Assembly: GCA_001412365.1 (NCBI GenBank)
Contig: LKUE01000328.1
Location: 1-14,638 of the forward strand
DNA length: 14,638 bases
Direction: 5' to 3'
Source: Desulfuromonas sp. SDB
GTDB lineage: Bacteria > SDB-A
Position numbers and translations under genes: made by a program. The notes beneath the pieces are model-generated. The model was not told where the DNA came from. It ran no database searches and saw only the letters and a program-made list of their open reading frames with translations. Shown here piece after piece: positions 7,237-14,626 of the stretch; position 1 is the stretch's first letter, and every line of letters starts with the position of its first letter.

Positions 7237-8429
7237 TGGCATTTGGCATGAAATTAATGGATTTAATTGAATATCATGATCCCTCCGGGGAGGAAATGGT
7301 TCATAAAATACCGGAGCAGGGATCCGGAGAAACAAAACTGGGCAGCAGATTGATTGTACGGGAAGATCAACAGGCGGTATTTTTCAGAGACGGGCAAGCC
7401 CTGGATGTATTTGGTCCGGGAAAACATGTTCTGACCACTGCCAACCTACCCCTTCTCAACAGATTGGTGGGAGCGGCTTTTGACGGCAACACTCCATTCC
7501 GTACCGAGGTAATATTTGTCAATACTAAAACTTTCACTAACGCAAAATGGGGCACCCCTGAACCCATTCCCTTCAGGGACAAGGAGTTAAAGTTAATCAG
7601 AATAAGGGCGTTCGGCGCATATTCCTTGAGAATAATCGAAGCCCAGCTTTTTGTTAATAAAATCGTTGGCTCCCAAGGCATCTACAGAAGAGAAGAAATT
7701 GAAGATTTTCTCAGAAGTATTATTATAGCCCGGTTTACTGATTTTCTGGGAGAAGTGGCGTCCAAGGGACTGTCAATTTTTGATTTAGCCAGCAATTACG
7801 ATGAAGTTGCAGTGGGAGGAAAAGCCAGGATTCAACAGGATTTCGAAAAATATGGACTGGAGATACCTGATTTTCTGATCCAGGCAATTAGCTTACCGGA
7901 AAAAGTCCAAGAAATGATAGATGAAAGAGGAGCAGTGGAAGCGATGGGGGGCTTAGGCGGATTTACTCAATTCCAGGCAGCCAAGGCGATGAGAGAAGCA
8001 GCCAGCAATGAAGGTGGTGGTGCGGGAATGGGCATGGGTATGGGTGCAGGTTTGGGCATGGGAATGATGATGCCGGGAATGATCAATAATGCCTTCCAGC
8101 AATCTCAGCAGCAAAATCAGGGAGGGGGAGGAGCAGCGGCTATGATTAATTGTCCCCACTGTAATACTCCTGTCCCCGCAAATTCAAAATTTTGTCCGAG
8201 TTGCGGCAAACCGGTGCAAGTGGGCACACCTTGTCCTAAATGTGGTCAACCAGTGCCATCCGGCTCTAAATTTTGTCCCCACTGTGGAAATGAAATGAAA
8301 ACTGGAGCGGTGTACTGTTCTAACTGCGGTAATGAAATTCCCCAAGGTTCAAAATTTTGTCCCCATTGCGGCAATTCCATGGGACAGAATCCTCCTTCCC
8401 AAGATCAGCCTTCTCAAGATACAGAGTAA
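7236..8429 (+). CDS. SPFH/Band-7 family protein (COG4260 / Band_7_1-like) with Gly/Met-rich linker and three tandem C-terminal zinc ribbons
   Basis: The N-terminal ~250 aa (GSRLIVREDQQAVFFRDGQALDVFGPGKHVLTTANLPLL...EVIFVNTKTF...) fit the COG4260 stomatin/prohibitin-like family exemplified by B. subtilis YdjI. The linker reads GGGAGMGMGMGAGLGMGMMMPGM...QQSQQQNQGGGG. Three CPxCG-x(6-9)-SKFCPxCG modules follow. An AGGAG SD lies 6 nt upstream. Confidence 0.85.
   Translation: MAFGMKLMDLIEYHDPSGEEMVHKIPEQGSGETKLGSRLIVREDQQAVFFRDGQALDVFGPGKHVLTTANLPLLNRLVGAAFDGNTPFRTEVIFVNTKTFTNAKWGTPEPIPFRDKELKLIRIRAFGAYSLRIIEAQLFVNKIVGSQGIYRREEIEDFLRSIIIARFTDFLGEVASKGLSIFDLASNYDEVAVGGKARIQQDFEKYGLEIPDFLIQAISLPEKVQEMIDERGAVEAMGGLGGFTQFQAAKAMREAASNEGGGAGMGMGMGAGLGMGMMMPGMINNAFQQSQQQNQGGGGAAAMINCPHCNTPVPANSKFCPSCGKPVQVGTPCPKCGQPVPSGSKFCPHCGNEMKTGAVYCSNCGNEIPQGSKFCPHCGNSMGQNPPSQDQPSQDTE
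8150..8400 (+). repeat. Three tandem ~83-nt coding repeats, each encoding one double-Cys-pair zinc-ribbon module
   Basis: The DNA word (c/a)aaattttgtcc(c/g) recurs at about 8184, 8268 and 8352. The protein repeats are CPHCNTPVPANSKFCPSCG, CPKCGQPVPSGSKFCPHCG and CSNCGNEIPQGSKFCPHCG. Confidence 0.7.
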
Positions 8430-8434
8430 AAATT

Positions 8435-8950
8435 ATGCGTTTACATTTACTTTTTTTATTTATTTTTCTCATCCCCGGGCTGGTATGTTCCAGCGCCCTG
8501 GAGATATCCACAGGGGGAGTGTTAATATCCTCTGACTACTTCAGCTCCGGACAGACTATTGACTTCAAATACAGTCATTCCCTTAATTTATTGGGATTCC
8601 AACCTCTGGCTAAATTTTCCTTTATCCAGGCTCAGGGTTCTCAAAGACCGGATCTTCAGTTGCATTCCTATCAATTTTACACCGGCTTGAAAAGAAATTT
8701 GTTCAATCCCACTCCCCGAAGTGAAATTGTATTTTCACTCTTACCAGGATTAAGCCATACTACCATATCCACTGAGACAGCCAGTGAAAGTTCAATAATT
8801 CCGTGGGTTGGTTGTGCCCTGGGCTATCAGTTTAAATTTTTTGAACCAGTTAAACTGGTTGCGGACATCGCTGGCAATTATTCTCTGGATAAAAGCAACA
8901 CCTTATTTTTCGGACTGACTCTGGGAATTGAATTAAACAAAGGATTTTAA
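8435..8950 (+). CDS. Small outer-membrane beta-barrel protein (171 aa; OmpW/OMP_b-brl-like), secreted
   Basis: The start is assigned to the ATG at 8435 (MRLHLLFLFIFLIPGLVCSSA), a signal peptide lying 5 nt after the upstream stop. The ORF-track extension back to 8357 overlaps the previous gene out of frame. The protein shows alternating hydrophobic beta-strand patterns and a C-terminal ...GIELNKGF ending in Phe, which is the classic OMP C-terminal signature. Confidence 0.7.
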   Translation: MRLHLLFLFIFLIPGLVCSSALEISTGGVLISSDYFSSGQTIDFKYSHSLNLLGFQPLAKFSFIQAQGSQRPDLQLHSYQFYTGLKRNLFNPTPRSEIVFSLLPGLSHTTISTETASESSIIPWVGCALGYQFKFFEPVKLVADIAGNYSLDKSNTLFFGLTLGIELNKGF

Positions 8951-9607
8951 ATGTTGAGAATTATCTTAATCATATCATCACTGGCAGTAATAGTTTTATC
9001 AGCAGGATGCCAGAGGGAAACCAACTTATTCAGGATAAACGAGGACTATTTCCCCACTCCGGATACCGGAAGTTATTGGACTTATTCCAACCTGCAAACT
9101 AATGACCACATTACTGTCTCCGTAAATGAAATTGATTTATTTTATGAAGGTAGATACTGTTATCAATGGATCTGGAATAATGAAAATATATACCTGTGGA
9201 AAGATGACAATAATATATATTCCCATCAATTAAGACAGAAATACTTCGGAGGAGACGGCTGGGATGTTGAAAACCGGTGGGCTCCTCTGTTCAGATTGCC
9301 ATTTTTAGACGGGGATCAATGGCAGGATAATTTTCATAATTCAATTAATATTTTGGGAGATATTTTTGAAATTGAAGTAAATACTGAAGTTAAAATTAGT
9401 TTACAGGGAGATGTAACTACCCCCGCCAGTAATTTTTCCAATTGTTATAAAATTACCTATATCCGCAATATACAAGAACAATCAGCATTATTAGGCAATT
9501 TAAATGAAGCTGATTCTGTTTATTACTGGTTAGCCCCTGGTGTGGGAATAGTAAAATTCCAAGACAGTACCGGAGTTTACAGTTTAACTGACTATCAATT
9601 TAATTAA
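8951..9607 (+). CDS. Lipoprotein, hypothetical (218 aa)
   Basis: There is a signal peptide with lipobox LSAG|C. The ATG immediately follows the upstream TAA. The protein is Trp/Tyr/Asn-rich with no recognised domain. Confidence 0.75.
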   Translation: MLRIILIISSLAVIVLSAGCQRETNLFRINEDYFPTPDTGSYWTYSNLQTNDHITVSVNEIDLFYEGRYCYQWIWNNENIYLWKDDNNIYSHQLRQKYFGGDGWDVENRWAPLFRLPFLDGDQWQDNFHNSINILGDIFEIEVNTEVKISLQGDVTTPASNFSNCYKITYIRNIQEQSALLGNLNEADSVYYWLAPGVGIVKFQDSTGVYSLTDYQFN

Positions 9608-11097
9608 TGCCCCTCTTTCTACTGGCAATATGGGAATTAATCTATATTGGATTAATACTAACCGTTAAAAAAAACTGGTTTAACCTACCTCTCCAGTACA
9701 AATTAAATAAGCACAAGCTGTTGCTTTTATTTGCTCCAGCTTTATTCTACCTTTTAATTCCCCTGATGCAATATTACCGGTTTTCTGAGCTTTACCTGGC
9801 ATCCTTCGTCTTTCTAAATGTCTACCTGTACTTTATTATCTTTGAAGATTACCGGGCTCTGGCTTCCTGGTGCGGAGTAATCGCCATTTTCATTATAGGG
9901 ATTTTAAATTTAGATAAAGCTTTTGGGGTTGAAATTATTGAACAGGAAGTGCTGTGGAAAGGAGTCAACTGGAATGTAATCGGTATTTTCACCGGAACCA
10001 TGATCGTGGCAGATTTATTCATGAAATCCAAAGTGCCTGAATTACTGGCAGAGATATTTATCGCCCGGGCTTCTACGGTGGGATTAGCCATAATTATTGT
10101 ATCCGCTTTTTCAGGATTGATTTCCGCAGTTTGTGAAAATGTCGCCACCGTACTGATTGTCGCCCCCATCGCCTTTAAAATTGCCAAACGGTTAAAAGTA
10201 TCCCCTGCTCCATTTTTAATTGCCATTGCCATTGCCTCTAATTTAGAAGGGGCAGCCACCTTAATCGGAGATCCCCCCAGCATCATTTTAGCCGCCAACA
10301 CCAATATGACCTTCAATGAATTTTTCTGGTTCCTGGGAAGACCATCTTTATTTTTTGCAGTGCAGCTAGGGGCAGTGGGAGGTATTTATGTGCTGTACCT
10401 GCTGTTTAAAAAATATAAGCAGCCCGTTGAAAAAATTGAAAAAACTGAAATCATATCCTGGATTCCCACCTATCTGTTGGGATTATTAACTTTAGGTCTT
10501 GCTCTTCTATCCATTTTCAATCTGGGATTTGAGATTACCGGTGGACCTTTATGCATGGTCATTGCAGTGGGGGGATTAATTTGGTGGAAATTCAAAATTT
10601 CCATCAAGGGAACTATCAGAAAAATAATCAGGGAATTTGATTTTGAAACAGTATTCTTGCTCATGGGGATATTTATTTTGGTAGCGGGACTTTCCCATTC
10701 CGGAGTAATTGTCAATGTGGCTAAATTTTTAAGCCAGCAGGCAGGTAATAATTTCTTATTGACTTTTATTTTTCTCACCTTGATGAGCATGATTTTTTCA
10801 GCATTTATTGACAATGTGCCTTACGTAACCGCCATGATTCCCATAAGTTTAACTATGGCTTTGGAGATGGGATTAAGTCTTCCCCAGACCTATGCCCTGG
10901 CTTATGCCATTGCCATCGGCGCTTCCATCGGCGGCAATATTACTCCTATCGGAGCTTCTGCTAACATCGTAGCAGTAGGATTGCTAAAAAAAGAAGGATA
11001 TCGGACATCCTTTATCGAATTTGTAAAAATCGGTCTTCCCTTTACCTTGGTAGCTACCCTCATCGCTTCTGCCTTTATCATCTTATTTTGGCACTAA
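9607..11097 (+). CDS. ArsB/NhaD-superfamily permease (CitMHS / anion-permease-like) with ~110-aa extra N-terminal TM region
   Basis: Two internal repeats of the superfamily hallmark are present. The first is [56 protein letters not shown], to be compared with ArsB SAFLDNDATVLL..PI...[30 protein letters not shown]. The second is [18 protein letters not shown]...[22 protein letters not shown]. The whole protein is polytopic. The start overlaps the upstream stop (TAATG). Confidence 0.85.
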   Translation: [496 protein letters not shown]

Positions 11098-11103
11098 TAT
11101 TTA

Positions 11104-11132
11104 TTGATATCAGGTGAATTATTTATTACAAT
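11104..11132 (+). promoter_or_regulatory. Sigma70-like promoter TTGATA-N17-TACAAT in the only sizeable gap of the plus-strand block
   Basis: Seen directly: TTGATA at 11104..11109, a 17-nt spacer, and TACAAT at 11127..11132. It is followed by the palindrome ACAATTGT (11137..11144) and the inverted repeat TAACTG-N11-CAGTTA (11145..11167), then SD AGGAGGAAGG and the ATG at 11200. The promoter consensus of this lineage is not known to me. Confidence 0.4.
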
Positions 11133-11199
11133 GAGAACAATTGTTAACTGTACTATTTTGTCAGTTATAAAATTTATTACCTTAACAGGAGGAAGGTAG

Positions 11200-13137
11200 A
11201 TGATGAAAAGATTTGTCGTAATCTGCAGTGTTCTTTTTATCTCCAGCTCTCTGCTAGCAGTGGTCAATCTTGATCATTCCACCGGATTATTCAGAATTCC
11301 GGTAGCTGGTAATCAGGGAAAAGGACAGTTCACTTTTGATGTAAGATACATGGTTAGTTATTTCGATTTTGAAGATTCATTCCCCACCACCTTGTATTAT
11401 TATGATACTACCACAGTGGGAGGGATAACCGTAATCGACACTACCATTGTAGATTCAACCATTCATACCGGTGATGCTATTGTAAGTATGACTATTCCCT
11501 TTGGAATGTCCTACTGTATAACTGATCACGACGAGATTGGACTGGGCTGGGTTTACTACTATGATGCAGTATTGACCCAGAGTATCCACATACGCCCGGA
11601 TAATCCCGGTTACATAGACAACGATTCCCTGGGGCATTATCCCTATTTCGGCAGGGCAAACGTGGTCAGTTCAGGCATTGGCGATCTCACCTTATTCTAC
11701 AAGAGGACCTTTGACTTCAACGAGAAGTTCTCCATGGGAGCACTAGCCGAGATCATTGTACCTACTGGCAGTGAAAGGGAAGAGAATTTTCCAGCACGCA
11801 CTGAACCGGACACCTTAAGACAAAGTGATGAAAACATTGAACGGGACGGAGGAGTATTCAGAGATTTCCGTCAAGGATTTGGAGGAGGAATTAGTTTGAT
11901 GGGTACGATGAAACCCACTCAGGAATCACCCATTGCCTTCACCGGTCTTCTGGGTTACCGATATCACGGTTACTCCGAACATCAGATATTAAATCTGGGG
12001 TTAGGAACCCAGTTCAAGGGTAAATACTTTGAACCTTATGTAGAACTATCCGGAGATTTTTATCTCAATGATGACAGCATTGCCAATCCGTTCAGGGTTA
12101 CTCCGGGAATAAGGTTTACCTCATTACCGGGGCTTTTCTTAGACATTGCTTACGATTTCAGACTTACCGAAAACAATCAGGAAAATGTAGAAAGTTATGG
12201 CACTTATCCCGATTGGCAGGCGAGTATAGGTTTCGGATGGACTCATGATTTCATGCCTCCCAAACCCAAATTAGCAACCATTGCGGGAACGGTTATAGAT
12301 GCGGATACCAAGCTGCCCATTCCCGGGGCAATACTAAGTTTTTCCGATACTCTGATTCCCAATATCACCACGGATGAATTTGGAATATGGATGGTTTCCG
12401 GCATTGAAGCGCCCATAGATTTAATCGTTGAGGCTGACGCTGAAGGATACCTGGGCAGCGACCCCATTCCCATGATTCTTTATCCCGGAGATCTCATCGA
12501 AGACATTACTATCGCCTTGAATGAACAAATTATTCAGGGCTCCATCAAAGGGATTGTTTACGAATTAGGAGCACAGGGAGACATTACTCCTATCGTAGCT
12601 ACCCTGAATATCTCCGGAGACACCACCGCAGTATTGCCCACCAATGAATTTGGAGAATTTGAAATAATCCTTTCTCCAGGAAGCTACAGCATTGAAGCCA
12701 GTGTACCCGGATATATTGCCCAATCCAAAGATTACAGTTTAGCCCAGGATCAAATCTTAACCACTGAATTTCATCTGCTCAAGGAAAGAGCGGAAATAGT
12801 ATTCCACAATATCAATTTTGAAGTTAATAAATCAGATATACTACCTGAATCCTATCCCATCCTCGACCAGGTGGCTGCAATTCTCAGGGACAATCCTTCT
12901 GTGCGTATTGAAATTCAAGGGCATACTGACAGTGATGGAAGCCGCTCTTACAATCAGAGTCTTTCCGAAGCCAGGGCAAATTCAGTTAGAAGCTATCTGC
13001 TCAACACCGAAGGGATTTCTCCGGACCGTTTAATTGCACGCGGATACGGCGAAGACCGGCTGGCCATATCTCCGGAAAGATCGGCTGAGGATAAGAGATT
13101 TAATAGAAGAGTTGAATTTCACGTATTAGAAAATTAA
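11200..13137 (+). CDS. OmpA-family outer-membrane protein: N-terminal beta-barrel region, two carboxypeptidase-regulatory-like (CarboxypepD_reg) beta-sandwich domains, C-terminal OmpA/MotB peptidoglycan-binding domain
   Basis: The signal peptide reads MMKRFVVICSVLFISSSLLA. The two CarboxypepD_reg-like segments are IAGTVIDADTKLPIPGAILSF...GIWMVSGIEAP and IKGIVYELGAQGDITPIVATLNISGDTTAVLPTNEFGEFEIILSPGSYSIEASVPGY. The OmpA_C motif is NINFEVNKSDILPESYPILDQVAAILRDNPSVRIEIQGHTDSDGSRSYNQSLSEARANSVRSYL...RRVEF. Confidence 0.88.
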   Translation: MMKRFVVICSVLFISSSLLAVVNLDHSTGLFRIPVAGNQGKGQFTFDVRYMVSYFDFEDSFPTTLYYYDTTTVGGITVIDTTIVDSTIHTGDAIVSMTIPFGMSYCITDHDEIGLGWVYYYDAVLTQSIHIRPDNPGYIDNDSLGHYPYFGRANVVSSGIGDLTLFYKRTFDFNEKFSMGALAEIIVPTGSEREENFPARTEPDTLRQSDENIERDGGVFRDFRQGFGGGISLMGTMKPTQESPIAFTGLLGYRYHGYSEHQILNLGLGTQFKGKYFEPYVELSGDFYLNDDSIANPFRVTPGIRFTSLPGLFLDIAYDFRLTENNQENVESYGTYPDWQASIGFGWTHDFMPPKPKLATIAGTVIDADTKLPIPGAILSFSDTLIPNITTDEFGIWMVSGIEAPIDLIVEADAEGYLGSDPIPMILYPGDLIEDITIALNEQIIQGSIKGIVYELGAQGDITPIVATLNISGDTTAVLPTNEFGEFEIILSPGSYSIEASVPGYIAQSKDYSLAQDQILTTEFHLLKERAEIVFHNINFEVNKSDILPESYPILDQVAAILRDNPSVRIEIQGHTDSDGSRSYNQSLSEARANSVRSYLLNTEGISPDRLIARGYGEDRLAISPERSAEDKRFNRRVEFHVLEN

Positions 13138-13149
13138 TGAGGTGATACC

Positions 13150-13962
13150 ATGAGAATTAAAATTGCATGCTTATTATTAATTATTATCACGGTATCTCTT
13201 GTAGCTGAGGTGCCGACAAGGATATTGACATTTGAAACCGGGTATATTTTACCTCATCGCCATTCAAAAATCGGGATTGGAGATGCCGCAGTGGGATTAT
13301 ACGATTATTTCCAAATTGGTTCTAACACCACTATGGATATGATCCTGGTTCCCAATATCAAGGTAAAAGCTGGATACTACTTCGGGGAAAAATTCCCCCT
13401 TTCCATTGCCATGGGCGGTCTTTACTGGGATTTTCTGGGATTTTCCCCCCTGGTTGCCCAGTCCTCATCTGAACTGCTCACTGACGAATTAACCGGAACT
13501 CTGGCGGGTAAACTTTACGGATATTCATTTTACTGGTCCGCCAGCTACGGAGTGGTTCCGGGATTAGCAGACGTTCATATTAACTACAAAGTAGATCATA
13601 CCGTATCCGATATCAGAGGTATTGGTGATTTCACCATTGATCCCCGTGAATATGTAGATAACACTGACATCTACATCGTCAGCGCAGAAGTGTGGGGAAA
13701 CAACAAAGGGTGGCACCATACCATGACTGCAGGAAATAATTTAACTGCCGGTTTATTCAATTTCTATACCGAACTTGGTTATGATTTTGAGATGGAAAAA
13801 CTTAAATGGGGAATTGGATTAGGAGTTCCCGCGGGAGGCAACGGAGAAATTCTGTTGGGAGTTGTCGGTCCCGGAGTAGAGTTTGAAGATATAAATTCCG
13901 GAGTCATTCCGGTTCTAGCAGCCACATGGACCTTTGGCTACGGGGAGGAAGAAAATGAATAG
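13150..13962 (+). CDS. Secreted beta-rich protein, possible outer-membrane beta-barrel (270 aa), hypothetical
   Basis: A GAGGTGA SD lies 5 nt upstream. The signal peptide reads MRIKIACLLLIIITVSLVA. The protein is Gly/aromatic-rich with alternating strand patterns (KLKWGIGLGV, VIPVLAATWTFGYG) and ends in an acidic GEEENE tail rather than a terminal Phe. Confidence 0.65.
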   Translation: MRIKIACLLLIIITVSLVAEVPTRILTFETGYILPHRHSKIGIGDAAVGLYDYFQIGSNTTMDMILVPNIKVKAGYYFGEKFPLSIAMGGLYWDFLGFSPLVAQSSSELLTDELTGTLAGKLYGYSFYWSASYGVVPGLADVHINYKVDHTVSDIRGIGDFTIDPREYVDNTDIYIVSAEVWGNNKGWHHTMTAGNNLTAGLFNFYTELGYDFEMEKLKWGIGLGVPAGGNGEILLGVVGPGVEFEDINSGVIPVLAATWTFGYGEEENE

Positions 13963-14584
13963 AAAATTATTAATTACTTTAGTCATGCTTACCGTGCTGT
14001 TTGCCGGTTGTATTTCAGTTATTCATGTCTCCACCCGCTCTGATCCTCAAACTTTGGATACCTCAGTGGGAGGAAGACTTAATAAATTTTACGACTGGGA
14101 AAAAGTATCCGGACTGGATATACCCGAAGATATCGAATTTAAAGTTTCCCGGGTGAGATTCCACTCTCATGTGGCGGTAAGTGTTCAGGACACCATTTAT
14201 CTAGATTCCAGTACTATTTATGTGTTTATCAGTAAAACTGATTCCACCGATGTGCCCATGGACACCACTTTACTCACTCCTCCGGTGAATCCCTCCTTTG
14301 ACTTGAACAACCACAGACTGCTGGTGACCATTGACTTCGATCCTATTGCCCCCGGAGACAGCGCCAACTTCACCGTGGATGCGGAAGTTGCCTTAGCCGA
14401 CATCAACTGGGTGGATGATGTAATTCAATCCCGACAGGATTTTTACATCAAGGCGATACTGATTCCCCGGGTTATAGATTTCAATTTCGATTCAGATGTA
14501 ACCGCTTATCTCGACGACACCTGGCTGCTTCTGGATTTTGAAAAGGAAACCGGGGGATTATTTCCCCTGCTGAACTTGTTTTAG
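13955..14584 (+). CDS. Lipoprotein, hypothetical (209 aa)
   Basis: The start is assigned to the ATG at 13955 (MNRKLLITLVMLTVLFAG|C), which has GGAGGAAG immediately upstream and overlaps the previous gene by 8 nt. The upstream ORF-track extension is rejected. A lipobox LFAGC is present. Confidence 0.72.
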   Translation: MNRKLLITLVMLTVLFAGCISVIHVSTRSDPQTLDTSVGGRLNKFYDWEKVSGLDIPEDIEFKVSRVRFHSHVAVSVQDTIYLDSSTIYVFISKTDSTDVPMDTTLLTPPVNPSFDLNNHRLLVTIDFDPIAPGDSANFTVDAEVALADINWVDDVIQSRQDFYIKAILIPRVIDFNFDSDVTAYLDDTWLLLDFEKETGGLFPLLNLF

Positions 14585-14594
14585 CTGAAACTTT

Positions 14595-14626
14595 CCGGTC
14601 TGACCATATGGTCAGACCGGTTTTTT
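14595..14626 (+). terminator. Strong intrinsic terminator: perfect 26-nt palindrome CCGGTCTGACCAT|ATGGTCAGACCGG followed by TTTTTT
   Basis: Seen directly. It lies 10 nt downstream of the last stop codon of the plus-strand block. Confidence 0.8.

Noticed and set aside
7367-8159. Minus-strand ORFs 7367..7681 and 7953..8159 (the latter His-rich: HSRHHHSHAQTCTHTHAH)
   Set aside because: They are antisense to the SPFH gene. The His-rich one is simply the reverse complement of the GGNATG (Gly-Met) micro-repeat, so it is not a metal-binding peptide gene.
8320-8535. ORFs 8320..8511(-) and 8332..8535(+) across the SPFH/OMP gene junction, and the 8357..8434 N-terminal extension of the OMP gene
   Set aside because: They overlap the well-supported zinc-ribbon coding region out of frame. 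The real OMP start is the ATG at 8435, which begins a textbook signal peptide directly after the upstream stop.
9849-10814. Minus-strand ORFs 9849..10316 and 10470..10814 inside the permease gene
   Set aside because: They are antisense to a CDS with strong family motifs. The hydrophobic Ala/Met-rich translations are typical mirror artefacts of membrane-protein genes.
11455-14406. Short ORFs 11455..11637(-), 12243..12473(-), 12818..13033(+), 14218..14406(-)
   Set aside because: Each lies within a supported longer CDS in another frame or strand. None has an SD, and all are 60-76 aa with no features.
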